DNA of 64,000 bases from a virus. Location: positions 64,001-128,000 of IMG/VR virus record IMGVR_UViG_3300012953_000014, one strand, 5' to 3'. Both the position numbers and the translations under genes were made by a program. Under the pieces are notes generated by a model. It made no database searches. It had not been told where the DNA came from and was given only the letters and a program-made list of their open reading frames with translations. Below are positions 8,957 to 18,597 of this stretch, one piece after another (positions within the stretch are counted from its first letter, which is position 1; every line of letters begins with the position of its first letter).

Positions 8957-9562
8957 TTATTTTTCCTTCAAAATATCATTCAACATTCTATTGATACGAT
9001 CTGCTTTTGAATAGATTTGTTTTTGTTTTGATTCTGTCATCGACATGTAAGCACCTTGAGTTGAGGGCTCTGATACAATATCAAAACAAATGAGTTGGAA
9101 ATCATCTTCAACGAGAGTTTGCCCCTGTTGTTCGACGACCGAGCCAAGACCACGAGATGAAATACCAAGTGTAACTCCATCATTAATGAGAGACTTTAGG
9201 ATGTTCCCGGATGGCGTAGTTAATACTTTAATCTTACCCATTAAATCTTGACCTTCCCACCACAATGAAGTGACCATGTGAGAAGCATTTTTTAAGTTCA
9301 CTACAGAGTCTTCAGGGTGATCAAGCTCTCCGCAAGAGCGATATTCTTTTACCGACTTCATATAGTTCTCAACTTCTCTTTTTAGGATATCCATAGGATA
9401 AACTCTACCATTTCCATTCTTAGCATCTGCACGCTGCATCACGCCTGTAAGAAAAATTGTACCACTTTTTACTTGAATCTTTTCCTCTTCGGTTAAAAGA
9501 TCTTGGCAAATGCCGCCTGGACAAAGTTCATAATATTCTCTTAAAAGATATTTGTTACTCAT
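8957..9562 (-). CDS. Prohead core protease (T4 gp21-like)
   Basis: NGNGRVYP, GELDHP, SHMVT, TPSGNIL, GISSRGLGS, DIVSEPS. Confidence 0.95.
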   Translation of the reverse strand: MSNKYLLREYYELCPGGICQDLLTEEEKIQVKSGTIFLTGVMQRADAKNGNGRVYPMDILKREVENYMKSVKEYRSCGELDHPEDSVVNLKNASHMVTSLWWEGQDLMGKIKVLTTPSGNILKSLINDGVTLGISSRGLGSVVEQQGQTLVEDDFQLICFDIVSEPSTQGAYMSMTESKQKQIYSKADRINRMLNDILKEK

Positions 9563-10271
9563 CGTTTTTGTCCTCTGCTATTGAGGTGACTCTGCGGCGG
9601 GGGTCTGTTTTAATGGTGGTCGTTCGACCACGTCGAGGAACAACATAGCCGATTTCTTTTCCGCGAGCACCAAGAGATTTTTCTAATGATCTTATTTCTT
9701 CAGAGACTGCAATAACCGCACTGGTCAGATCATTCCTTTTTCGATCATCTGCTAACTCATTAATGTAAGAAGTTATTTTCGCTAAAGCTTGTGCGATCTC
9801 TTCTTTAACTTCATTTATGTTTTTAGTTGGGGTTGCGGATTGTTCCTCATACAGTGAAGTTTTTAACTCATTTCTTACTATTTCTTGAGCTGCCTCGATC
9901 GCACTTTTATCAGATGGATTTGCCAACGCAGTGGAAATCAACATCAAATCTGTATCATTCATCACTGTTTTGTTTTTATCAGATTGTGACATATAGTTGC
10001 CGAAATCGACATCTTTACCACTTAAAATCTGTTGAATTAAACTATAAGAATCATTTAGCAAAGAGTTAACAATCTCTACACCTTTATGCGTAGACTCATT
10101 GTCGTTGTCAATATTCGTATGCTGCATGACCACATCAATGGCTTTATCGAGAGCTTGACTGACTGCTCTTAAAGTTCCAGTGTCCTCTGGTGTGAGTCTT
10201 TCGTTTTCTTTTAAGACAGACTCCAGTTCTTCTCTAATAATCTTTACAATATTGCTTTTGCTAAACTTCAT
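9555..10271 (-). CDS. Putative internal head protein with shared leader
   Basis: MKFSKSNIVKIIREELESVLKE; adjacent to the protease. Confidence 0.7.
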   Translation of the reverse strand: MKFSKSNIVKIIREELESVLKENERLTPEDTGTLRAVSQALDKAIDVVMQHTNIDNDNESTHKGVEIVNSLLNDSYSLIQQILSGKDVDFGNYMSQSDKNKTVMNDTDLMLISTALANPSDKSAIEAAQEIVRNELKTSLYEEQSATPTKNINEVKEEIAQALAKITSYINELADDRKRNDLTSAVIAVSEEIRSLEKSLGARGKEIGYVVPRRGRTTTIKTDPRRRVTSIAEDKNDE

Positions 10272-10284
10272 GTTATTGTTCCTT

Positions 10285-10293
10285 ATAAATAGT
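10285..10293 (-). promoter_or_regulatory. Putative late-promoter box ACTATTTAT
   Basis: Recurrent motif immediately after a GC hairpin and before an AAGGA RBS. Confidence 0.6.
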
Positions 10294-10329
10294 TGCGGGC
10301 GCTACCCGCACGAGTCAACAGCCTGACTT
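10294..10329 (-). other. Two adjacent stem-loops around the micro-ORF TGA
   Basis: Minus strand AGTCAG-GCTG-TTGACT then TGCGGG-TAGCG-CCCGCA; no U-tract directly after. Confidence 0.55.
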
Positions 10330-10386
10330 ACATCGTCGAACTGGACGAAGCATTCGCTTTTTAGTTGTCCATACACCTTCAAACAT
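10315..10386 (-). CDS. 23-aa basic Cys-containing peptide MFEGVWTTKKRMLRPVRRCKSGC (not in ORF track)
   Basis: AGGAG RBS 8 nt upstream of ATG; overlaps the upstream stop; fills the gap between genes. Confidence 0.55.
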   Translation of the reverse strand: MFEGVWTTKKRMLRPVRRCKSGC

Positions 10387-10699
10387 TGTCATTGCTCCTG
10401 TTAACAAGATTTATTCCTTCATCTCCGAAAATCATACTTAAAATATATGACGTTCCAGATCCAAGGCACCCCAATAAAAATGCACTAGATATGGAATATT
10501 CATAGGTAAATAGTTCTGTAAAGTCGTTTATTGCCCACAAAAAGATTCCAATCCAAAAGCCCATACACATAGGGCAATGAAATAGTTTGCCAAAACCTGA
10601 TAGCCAGTCTTTTGATGGTCGAATGTTATCGAAAATACTTCCGTAAACTAAAATTTGAGTAAGACCATATCCACAGAGGATAAAATAGGTTAGCTCCAT
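10379..10699 (-). CDS. Membrane protein with CxxC (DUF1360-like)
   Basis: Three hydrophobic segments and GKLFHCPMCMGFW. Confidence 0.65.
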   Translation of the reverse strand: MELTYFILCGYGLTQILVYGSIFDNIRPSKDWLSGFGKLFHCPMCMGFWIGIFLWAINDFTELFTYEYSISSAFLLGCLGSGTSYILSMIFGDEGINLVNRSNDNV

Positions 10700-11253
10700 T
10701 AATATTGTCCGTAACCACTTAAGTATTTTCGGACTTTATCTGGACCTAATGAGCCCTTTTTTGGCTCTTGCGGGACTTCACCAAGTTCAGTAGAGTCTTC
10801 TGCCGTTGGATCTATTAGATGATTTTCCATTTCATCATCAAGATATTGCATCATATCAAGTTGAGGTTTGTTTTCAAGAATAAACTTTGATGTCGATAAG
10901 ATAACAACTTGTGTTGAGTTTATTGATTCATCAGCAGACTCAGGATAATCTCCCTGTAAGCTGCCATAGACATTGCCCGATATAACACTCTCTGGTTTTA
11001 CAACACCCTCTTTTACCAAATACTTAAAATAGCTATTTTGATATTGGTATGTTTCGTCATTGATTTGTTCTTTCGGGAAGGTTAAAACTTTTTTGGATGC
11101 TGTGTCAAGAATAATATCAAAAAACATATGATCCAGTATCATTATTTTCCCATCAAGAGTTTTTCTTATATCAAGAGATACACTTATATCTTTTTGCTCT
11201 TCGACTGGTTTTTGTTCTGGACCATCTGGTTCAATATTAATCTTGATTGACAT
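10699..11253 (-). CDS. Hypothetical protein
   Basis: 184-aa ORF, TAATG-coupled to the next gene. Confidence 0.75.
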   Translation of the reverse strand: MSIKINIEPDGPEQKPVEEQKDISVSLDIRKTLDGKIMILDHMFFDIILDTASKKVLTFPKEQINDETYQYQNSYFKYLVKEGVVKPESVISGNVYGSLQGDYPESADESINSTQVVILSTSKFILENKPQLDMMQYLDDEMENHLIDPTAEDSTELGEVPQEPKKGSLGPDKVRKYLSGYGQY

Positions 11254-12070
11254 GATTGTTTATTTCCTGTACTAGTTCTTGTATCTTAATTACTTCCTCA
11301 ACCATCTTTTGGTCCGGTGCTTTGTTTTTATATGACTCTAAAAGACCAATAACATTTTTCGCGTTGTTGTGCATGTCTTCATCATCAACGAACTCTGGGT
11401 TATCTAAAGAGGATTTTATGCTACTTTTAAGTCTACCAACCTCTTCATTTAAGTAAGTCGACAATTCAATTCCGTTATTATAAAAAGAAGTTACGAATTT
11501 GTTCAATAGTGTTTTTTGTTCTGGTAATAACTTACTTCCATATTCGTTATTAAACCTTTGAGCAAACGATTTAAAAACCAGGTTATCCATTGGTACCATT
11601 TCGTTCGTTTGATCTTGTTCTGTCATGTTTTTAATGATTTCGTTCTCCAAAAGAACCTTTGATTTGACTGAAATCCTTTGATTAAAAATCTGGCTAATCG
11701 AGGCAAGATCTTTGTAGTTTGGAACAAAATTTGAAAATGCATCGTCGGTCATCATTTTTTTTATTTTACGAACGAGTTTGTTTTGTTCCGAAACCAATTG
11801 TTTTTTATCAATCTCTTTGTGTCTTGATTTGACCTCATTGATAATTTTTTCTGCGATGTGGACTTTAATACCTTTTGAGCGAGAAATGGCCCTGTAAAGC
11901 TTAAGCTCTCTATACATCATCGACTCTCTTGAGAAAGATTCTTTAATGGCTTTGGTTAGGCTTTCTTTTAGTTTCAAATCTTTATTGATTATTGATTTTG
12001 TTAACTCTTGAACCAACACCTCATAAAGAAACGCACTATTTCGTTTTTTGTTATGTTTAAACTTTATCAT
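11237..12070 (-). CDS. Head-module protein downstream of portal
   Basis: Likely start MIKFKHNKKRNSAFLYE at 12070, overlapping the portal end; helical and Lys-rich. Confidence 0.75.
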   Translation of the reverse strand: MIKFKHNKKRNSAFLYEVLVQELTKSIINKDLKLKESLTKAIKESFSRESMMYRELKLYRAISRSKGIKVHIAEKIINEVKSRHKEIDKKQLVSEQNKLVRKIKKMMTDDAFSNFVPNYKDLASISQIFNQRISVKSKVLLENEIIKNMTEQDQTNEMVPMDNLVFKSFAQRFNNEYGSKLLPEQKTLLNKFVTSFYNNGIELSTYLNEEVGRLKSSIKSSLDNPEFVDDEDMHNNAKNVIGLLESYKNKAPDQKMVEEVIKIQELVQEINNHVNQD

Positions 12071-14030
12071 TTTTCTTCTCTTTATTTCCCTTTTTTTCAA
12101 GATTTTGAATTATCTTTTGAATTTCAATATCATTTTCCAACACTCTCATCTCTTCTAAGTGAGACTTGTTTTCATAATTAGTTTCTAAATTTTCATAAAT
12201 ACCGTTGGTAAGTCCTTTAAGACCTTCTAACCCAGGATGAATGTTTCTTGTTGTATTTTTTCCCTTTTCTTCGGAATATTTAGACTTATAACTTCTTTTA
12301 CGAGCGCCCATGTTTCTCTTATCAGATTTTACAGGGGTATATTTTTTGCCTTTGGCACCGGGAGTTGTGTATGAATCTTTATCTGGTTTTTTCCAGCTAA
12401 ACTCATTTCTCTTACCCGGAGTTGCCAGTAGAGTTTCTTCTTCGCCCGCAGCAGCAGTGTCTCCTGTATCGGCGTCACCAGCATCATCAGTGTCGCCAGC
12501 GTCGGCTCCAGTGTCACCACCGAACAAGTCATCCCCACCGCCAGTTGCGGTGGTGCCCATGCCGCCCTCATCGGTTGCGGCTGCAATGTCTAACATGCCA
12601 TCAAGCTGCCTATCGTAAAACATTTCTCTTTGATTGCGAACAACTTCTTCATCAGAGAGATCAAAAATGTTTTTAGCAACCCATCTACGACTGAAAAATC
12701 CATCAGTTGCAGAGGAACCGATTTCGAACTTTGTTCTCCAATGTTCAAGCTCTTGAAGTTCCATAATTTTTGAAGGAGAGTTTAAACTGAGGCCGAAAGA
12801 AACCAAGTCTTTTCCAGTATAACCAAGAGTGTATAGATGGATAACTGCCATTTTTTCTAACTCTGAAACCATGCTTCTCTGCAACCTCATAATGGTTCTG
12901 GCGAATCTAATGTCTTTTTGAGCAAGGGTTGTCTTATCTTCTGAACCTTCTTCTCCCTGTGTTAAGTAAGAAGGTGGAACTTTCAAGGCAGAAAACAATT
13001 TATCGCGAAGATATTTTACATCATCAATATCTCCAGTATAAGTTCCACCGGGCAAAGACTCGATTCGTGTTCCCGCTTGCCCTCCACGGACAGGAATAAA
13101 ATAATCTTCATCAACAGACATTGGGTTGTATCTTAAATCAACCCGGCCCGTATCTTGTGAAATAACTTGATTTCTCTTCATTTGGGTGACGATTCTTTGC
13201 ATGTGTTGCTCGACATCGTTTTCGGGGATACCACCAACGTCGATATAAAAGACTCGCCTTTCTGGTGAGCGAACGACACGGTAAGCCATCATAGCATCTT
13301 CAAGTAGAGTAAGTTGTCTCCAAATCCTTCGTGATGACTCTAAGGCAGAACTTCCATACGGGGCATACTTATCGTTTCCTAAAATACGAAAATGAGCAAT
13401 CTGCCAGTTTTCAAATGTTAAGCCACCGCTATTCCACTGAAACTGTACATAACTTGGATTTGTTTTGTCTTCACCTTCAAGGCGTTCTACTTCTGAGGTT
13501 GGCAAACCAATAACGGACTTAAGTCCCAACTTTTCATCAACATCCAAATAAAGAAAATAGTCTCCGTATTTACACAGCGATCGACACCAGCCGAACAGAT
13601 TAAACTCAATGTTTAGTGTGCTATAAAAAAGAGTATTCAAGATTTCTTTGATTTCTTCATTTGGACAGCTTATGTTAAGAAGGCTTTGTAACGGCGAAGA
13701 CACAGTCATTTCGTCAGCATAAATATCTAACGCAGAGGCGATTTCAGGCATATACTCCATTTGATCGAAGTCAACATAACGCTCTGCTCTTGCCATGTTT
13801 GCGCTGGCGTTGCCGAATGCATTATCAAATGCGCCCATTCCATAAGAAGATTTTTTAAAACTAAGGCCACCAGCAGATTGAAATTTGTATTTGTCAAGTT
13901 GCCATCTTTTAAGTTGTCTTGGGTTCTGTCTTTGATGAGTAGTCAGCGGACCAGAAAGCAATCTTGTCAATGCTTTAAACAGAAGTGAGTCTGGGTTTCT
14001 ATTATTATTTTTGTTATTGTTGTTTGCCAT
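12057..14030 (-). CDS. Portal protein (T4 gp20-like)
   Basis: PEIASALDIYADE, LLEDAMMAYRVVRSPERRVFYIDVG, EDYFIPVRGG, IDDVKYLRDKLFSALKVP. Confidence 0.95.
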   Translation of the reverse strand: MANNNNKNNNRNPDSLLFKALTRLLSGPLTTHQRQNPRQLKRWQLDKYKFQSAGGLSFKKSSYGMGAFDNAFGNASANMARAERYVDFDQMEYMPEIASALDIYADEMTVSSPLQSLLNISCPNEEIKEILNTLFYSTLNIEFNLFGWCRSLCKYGDYFLYLDVDEKLGLKSVIGLPTSEVERLEGEDKTNPSYVQFQWNSGGLTFENWQIAHFRILGNDKYAPYGSSALESSRRIWRQLTLLEDAMMAYRVVRSPERRVFYIDVGGIPENDVEQHMQRIVTQMKRNQVISQDTGRVDLRYNPMSVDEDYFIPVRGGQAGTRIESLPGGTYTGDIDDVKYLRDKLFSALKVPPSYLTQGEEGSEDKTTLAQKDIRFARTIMRLQRSMVSELEKMAVIHLYTLGYTGKDLVSFGLSLNSPSKIMELQELEHWRTKFEIGSSATDGFFSRRWVAKNIFDLSDEEVVRNQREMFYDRQLDGMLDIAAATDEGGMGTTATGGGDDLFGGDTGADAGDTDDAGDADTGDTAAAGEEETLLATPGKRNEFSWKKPDKDSYTTPGAKGKKYTPVKSDKRNMGARKRSYKSKYSEEKGKNTTRNIHPGLEGLKGLTNGIYENLETNYENKSHLEEMRVLENDIEIQKIIQNLEKKGNKEKKNDKV

Positions 14031-14033
14031 TGT

Positions 14034-15623
14034 TTATCCTTTTATCAACCATCCAAAATTTGTATAATCTTCTTTGGCTTTGTCCATTTTATCAAGACTT
14101 TGGTCTTTTTTGTAGCCATGCATACCAGGAATTGTAGTATTAATCTGAGTATTTGTAAAAATCATTGAATTTAGGAATGCTTTTTTGTACTTTAAGTCTC
14201 TTGTATTTTCTTCTAATACGGTATCCCTTACCCAAACAGCGATAGATAGTGACATTACTAAATCATCATTATATCCACGTTGAGCCTCGGGTCTTCCGTT
14301 TTTCCAAACAAAAGTCTTCAATTCCTGATAAGACCTTATAGAATTTATATTAATTAGTTCGTTTCGTATGAACTCTTCCAGTTTTGCAACTATGAGCGGT
14401 CTTGTCTTTTGGGAGGTGGTAAAACCTGGAATAGAGTTTGACATATGTTCTGCTTGGTGTTGTTCGATGTATTCGTGGCTTCCCTTGGTCGAATAATATA
14501 AATTTGGATAGCCTGCATCAATGAGTTTTTCTAATACCGAATAGCCAATATTATTGTTTTCAACCACCAACATTGCATCGCCATATTCTTTTCCCGCGTC
14601 AAATAATATTCTTGAAAACATATCTGTTGTTGGCTTGCCGCGATATTCAGCCACTTGTTCCATTGTTTTTGTATTGAAGATATGAAAAACTGAATAATCA
14701 TTACCGTCACCGCGAGCGACATCGCCAACGAGCAGGTATTTGTTTTCAGGATCATACTCTTCCCAAATCCAAAAGTTTCTGTCAAACCCTGTTTGATGTT
14801 TTGGATCAGAACACAAACTTTCAATTTTGTTTAAATTGTCTGGATGTATTACAGTTTCGCCTGAAGCATTAAAGTTACATTCATACTCTTGTGCCACTCT
14901 TCTTCTTGAAAGATTTTTTGTTGTGTCATCGAACCATTTTTGATCTCTTTCTGGGTGTAACGTCCAATGTAGGCGAGTTGGGTGAAAATCATTTTCTCCG
15001 CTTTCTGCTGATATATATGTTTTATGAAACCAGTTGCCTACACCGTTTGGGGAAGAAAGAGCAATGCATCGACCGCCTGCTGCCATTGTAGGTTGAAGCG
15101 CCGTCCAGAGATCATCAAAGCCTTCAATATGAGCAGCCTCGTCGATTACCAATAATGACAGAGCTTCTGAACGACCGGCATCTGCTGATGTCGAGGATGC
15201 CTTGATTTCCGATCCGTTATTCAAAACAAACGAGGAACGGTTGTCGATTGCGATTTGAGCCAACTGATCAAACCAAGGGGGCAATAACTTAATCATTGCT
15301 TTAACTTTTTTAACTAAGTTGGCGGCGGTGCTGAACTTTGTCGCAATAACTAATATGTTCTTGTCTCTATGGAACAACATCATCCATGAAACGTATGCAG
15401 CTGATATTGTTGAGATTCCCATTTGACGGGATTTCAAAATAACATTATTGCGATAATCGTTAAACTTATGCAACAGATCTTGTTGAAAGTCCCAAGTTTT
15501 AAATGATATTTGTCCGCGAGTAGGGTGAGCTATCTTACAGTAGTTATCAATAAAATATACAGGATCTTTGCCGCATTTGACGATCTCTTTAACGAGATCT
15601 TTTTTTGATAGATATTGCGACAT
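14034..15623 (-). CDS. Terminase large subunit (T4 gp17-like)
   Basis: KCGKDPVYF, LKSRQMGIST, Walker B LLVIDEAAHI, SSPNG, QEYECNF, nuclease GDVARG and DDLVMS. Confidence 0.95.
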   Translation of the reverse strand: MSQYLSKKDLVKEIVKCGKDPVYFIDNYCKIAHPTRGQISFKTWDFQQDLLHKFNDYRNNVILKSRQMGISTISAAYVSWMMLFHRDKNILVIATKFSTAANLVKKVKAMIKLLPPWFDQLAQIAIDNRSSFVLNNGSEIKASSTSADAGRSEALSLLVIDEAAHIEGFDDLWTALQPTMAAGGRCIALSSPNGVGNWFHKTYISAESGENDFHPTRLHWTLHPERDQKWFDDTTKNLSRRRVAQEYECNFNASGETVIHPDNLNKIESLCSDPKHQTGFDRNFWIWEEYDPENKYLLVGDVARGDGNDYSVFHIFNTKTMEQVAEYRGKPTTDMFSRILFDAGKEYGDAMLVVENNNIGYSVLEKLIDAGYPNLYYSTKGSHEYIEQHQAEHMSNSIPGFTTSQKTRPLIVAKLEEFIRNELININSIRSYQELKTFVWKNGRPEAQRGYNDDLVMSLSIAVWVRDTVLEENTRDLKYKKAFLNSMIFTNTQINTTIPGMHGYKKDQSLDKMDKAKEDYTNFGWLIKG

Positions 15624-15632
15624 ACATGTTAA

Positions 15633-16253
15633 TTAGCCTCTCGGCTCCTCATCGCGCTTTCCTTTGACGTTTTGTGGCTTTTTAGTACCAGGATATTGTT
15701 TTAAGCCTTGTAGTGGTGTAACATTGTATCTGCTGTTTGCTTTGTCAGTTTTGCCCATTCCAAGCCAACTTTTGATAGAGTTATCAAGCCTTTCTTCCAC
15801 AGATGTGCCAAGCTCTGGTTCAGCAGGTATACCACCGATTTCATATTTACAATCTGCTTGGACCCAAGAGCGGACCTTACTCATACTTTGAACAAGCACA
15901 TTTGGTTCTTTGCTTAACTTCTTAAGAGTAAGAGTGTTTCCGGTGATCTTTTTATATTCTTTCTTAAGAAACGAAATAATGTCAGCCATCATCTGATCAA
16001 TCTCACCTTCGAAATCTCCGCGATGAACGTCTTTTAATAAAATTTCACCATGATACTTAACAGTCATTGTGTTGCCTGACAGAAGGACATTGAAACCATC
16101 CATGACTCTTTTATCCAAAATGGGATCACCTTCCTCTCGTTTGAGGCCGACCTTGATTGGTTCTCCGTTCTCATCTAGTGCTCCATCGTATGCATTCGCG
16201 GCGGCTTGGGAAATGCCGTTTACGATGTCTAAGATATTATTTTTTTCTGCCAT
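15633..16253 (-). CDS. Hypothetical protein
   Basis: 206-aa ORF with GAGGA RBS, upstream of terminase. Confidence 0.75.
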   Translation of the reverse strand: MAEKNNILDIVNGISQAAANAYDGALDENGEPIKVGLKREEGDPILDKRVMDGFNVLLSGNTMTVKYHGEILLKDVHRGDFEGEIDQMMADIISFLKKEYKKITGNTLTLKKLSKEPNVLVQSMSKVRSWVQADCKYEIGGIPAEPELGTSVEERLDNSIKSWLGMGKTDKANSRYNVTPLQGLKQYPGTKKPQNVKGKRDEEPRG

Positions 16254-16256
16254 TTG

Positions 16257-16625
16257 TTATTCCTCTTGTTCCAAGTTTAGTTTTTCGAACCACTTTTCTT
16301 CTCTGTCTTCAACATATTCAACATAACATTTGTAACAGCATTTAAACTTGGCCATATATAAATCATCTTTCATTTCGAAAGAATATTTTTTACACGAAGG
16401 ACAAGTGCGATTTGATTCTTTATTAAATAGTTTCTTGGGCATTAAAATGCCATCAACCTCTACTTTCTCTTTTGGTCTGCGAGTTTTAGCTATCTTTTTA
16501 ATCTGATTCAGATATTCTTTTTCTTTCTCTTCGTCCCAATTTGCTTTTGGGTTTTGAATAGCATCTTCACCATATTTATCTAAAATAGCTTTTTCAACTT
16601 TTATTAAATGATTTGGGTCTTTCAT
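16257..16625 (-). CDS. Zn-finger-like hypothetical protein
   Basis: CPSC...CCYKC; ATGA overlap with the upstream gene. Confidence 0.7.
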   Translation of the reverse strand: MKDPNHLIKVEKAILDKYGEDAIQNPKANWDEEKEKEYLNQIKKIAKTRRPKEKVEVDGILMPKKLFNKESNRTCPSCKKYSFEMKDDLYMAKFKCCYKCYVEYVEDREEKWFEKLNLEQEE

Positions 16626-17071
16626 TTTGCTACTTCAACCGCTGCGAAAAATATAGCAATGGAAGTAACGGTTCCAATACCAAAACCAATTACAGCCCAT
16701 AGAGTATTGTCAGTTCCTTTTGCCAAGTTTCGTAGTGTCTCGATCTCTTCCTTCTGTGCTTGGATTATCAGATTGTTCTTGTGCTTTTCGATCTTTAACT
16801 CTGATTTTAACAGGCTTGTGTCTCTTTCACACTTAGCCCCCAACAAGTCCTTCTGGTGGCTTACTTTGAGATTACATTGTTTTTCTGCCAGTTTTCTTTC
16901 TGTCAATATTTTGGCAACTGCAACAGGATCAAAAATAGTCCCATCAAAGGGAGCAGGATCTCCCTCGTTTAGAAAAGTAAACTTTCCAGTTGTACTTGTA
17001 GATGTTTGTGCGTATGAAGTTGACGAAACAAGCGTCAGGCTAATCAGAACTATCGCTATCTTTTTTAACAT
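16622..17071 (-). CDS. Exported coiled-coil protein with C-terminal TM (spanin-like candidate)
   Basis: Signal peptide ending SYA-Q, coiled coil, C-terminal LWAVIGFGIGTVTSIAIFFAAV. Confidence 0.55.
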   Translation of the reverse strand: MLKKIAIVLISLTLVSSTSYAQTSTSTTGKFTFLNEGDPAPFDGTIFDPVAVAKILTERKLAEKQCNLKVSHQKDLLGAKCERDTSLLKSELKIEKHKNNLIIQAQKEEIETLRNLAKGTDNTLWAVIGFGIGTVTSIAIFFAAVEVAK

Positions 17072-17435
17072 GTGTTAAGTTGAGAACCTTAGAAATTTCT
17101 AAAGACATTTCTTTAGGATTATTATAATGCTTTTCGACAAGTTTTTTAATCTCTTTTTTCGTTTCTTGACGAATTTCTTTTTGTTGTTTCTTGTGAGCAT
17201 TCTCTAAAGCTCCAACAACTCTGCTATATTCTTTATCTATTTCTTTCTTTTCAGCTTTCTTTTTAGCTTCTGCTTCCGAGATTGCTGCTTTCTGTTTCTG
17301 TTCTGATTTTTCTTGTGCATCGGAGATTTTTTCAGCAGTGTTTGAGCGGCTTTTTAATATAACACCAATCAATGCCACAATAGGAAGATACCAATGTGTT
17401 TTCAAAAAAGCCCAGATTTTTTTCAGTGCGCTCAT
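17040..17435 (-). CDS. N-terminally anchored coiled-coil protein (i-spanin-like candidate)
   Basis: WYLPIVALIGVIL TM followed by a K/E-rich helix; 3' end overlaps the next gene. Confidence 0.55.
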   Translation of the reverse strand: MSALKKIWAFLKTHWYLPIVALIGVILKSRSNTAEKISDAQEKSEQKQKAAISEAEAKKKAEKKEIDKEYSRVVGALENAHKKQQKEIRQETKKEIKKLVEKHYNNPKEMSLEISKVLNLTHVKKDSDSSD

Positions 17436-17737
17436 TTTACAATCCGTATTTTTATCCCGCCCTTTTTAAGACGGGATTTTTCTTTTCTTCCTCGGTTTTT
17501 AGATACAGGTTCACATGCAACTTCGTCATTCTCTATTCCATTGACGTGATGAAGTTCTTGCCCTTCCGGGCATTCCCCATGTTCCTTATCGTGCTTTCTT
17601 TTATCTCTCTTGCGCTTGTTGCGCTCTTCTTGTTCTTTGGAGCCTGGCTCGTTATATTCTTTCGAATAATCGCGGGGCGTATCAGATTCTTTATTCCACT
17701 TTTGTTCGCTAAGAGTCTTTTTTATTTTTATCTTCAT
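17432..17737 (-). CDS. Small HNH-like endonuclease
   Basis: RDYSKEY...RNKRKR...ELHHVNG...PVSKNRG; start MKIKIKK at 17737 after GAGGGAG. Confidence 0.5.
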   Translation of the reverse strand: MKIKIKKTLSEQKWNKESDTPRDYSKEYNEPGSKEQEERNKRKRDKRKHDKEHGECPEGQELHHVNGIENDEVACEPVSKNRGRKEKSRLKKGGIKIRIVK

Positions 17738-18014
17738 CTTTGTCTCCCTCTTTCTCATCTTCAGGTCGTTCTAAAGTTGCTCCCTTAATTTTGGCAGTAT
17801 CTACGCATATTCTTGCGGCGGCTTGAACTAGTGTAGTCCCAGGTTCTGGGTCGACTTTTTTATCCTTTACGATATCGGCAATACATTGATTGCGAGTATC
17901 AGTTGCCTTTTCTTTAGATTGAGATTGACTAAAGTGTAGTTCACTCTTTTCGCGTAACAAGACCTCAAGCTCTTCTTGAATAAACTTTTCGAGTTGTGAT
18001 CTTGTCAGCTTCAT
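17709..18014 (-). CDS. Putative internal head protein with shared leader
   Basis: MKLTRSQLEKFIQEELEVLLRE. Confidence 0.7.
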   Translation of the reverse strand: MKLTRSQLEKFIQEELEVLLREKSELHFSQSQSKEKATDTRNQCIADIVKDKKVDPEPGTTLVQAAARICVDTAKIKGATLERPEDEKEGDKDEDKNKKDS

Positions 18015-18028
18015 AAAAAACCTATAAC

Positions 18029-18385
18029 TTACTTGTCTTCTTTTTTCTTTTTGTCAACGTGACGTTTGGCTGGATGTTCGTGGTGTCCCTCTGCCAAAGA
18101 AGCTTGAGTTACAAGAATATCATCAGTGGAAACATTTTCCATGATTGTACCATCTTCCAATTGCATATCATATGCTGTTACTTTTCCAAGGTCTTCATTC
18201 CAGTTGTGATTAACTGCTTTCGCCTCTTGGATTTGACCATCAACATTTACACCACCATGATGAACACAATAATGATTTGGAGCAAATACAGCTTCTTCCT
18301 CATTGATTTCTTCTTCATTGTTTGCTAAAACGTTGTCCATTTCTTCTTTGATAAGTTGCTTCAATTGAGCTTTTGTTAATTTCAT
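18029..18385 (-). CDS. Putative internal head protein with shared leader
   Basis: MKLTKAQLKQLIKEEMDNVL...INE; His/Cys motif HYCVHH. Confidence 0.7.
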   Translation of the reverse strand: MKLTKAQLKQLIKEEMDNVLANNEEEINEEEAVFAPNHYCVHHGGVNVDGQIQEAKAVNHNWNEDLGKVTAYDMQLEDGTIMENVSTDDILVTQASLAEGHHEHPAKRHVDKKKKEDK

Positions 18386-18397
18386 TTTTTTTATTCC

Positions 18398-18595
18398 TTA
18401 TTGTTTTCCAAATTTCCATTGTGTGGCAATATCAGCGATACCTTGGATACCAATGTACCCTAAAGATATAGCAACCCATTGGTCGCCCGTGATGCTACCG
18501 AGATATAGAAATATTGTTGATAGTGAAAATACTGTGAACTTTCGAGAAATGACTTTTCCCAAAAGATTGTCTAAAACTGGTTTAAGTTGACTCAT
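18398..18595 (-). CDS. Small two-TM protein (holin-like)
   Basis: SRKF..TM..ITGDQWVAISLGYIGIQGIAD. Confidence 0.55.
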   Translation of the reverse strand: MSQLKPVLDNLLGKVISRKFTVFSLSTIFLYLGSITGDQWVAISLGYIGIQGIADIATQWKFGKQ

Positions 18596-18597
18596 GA

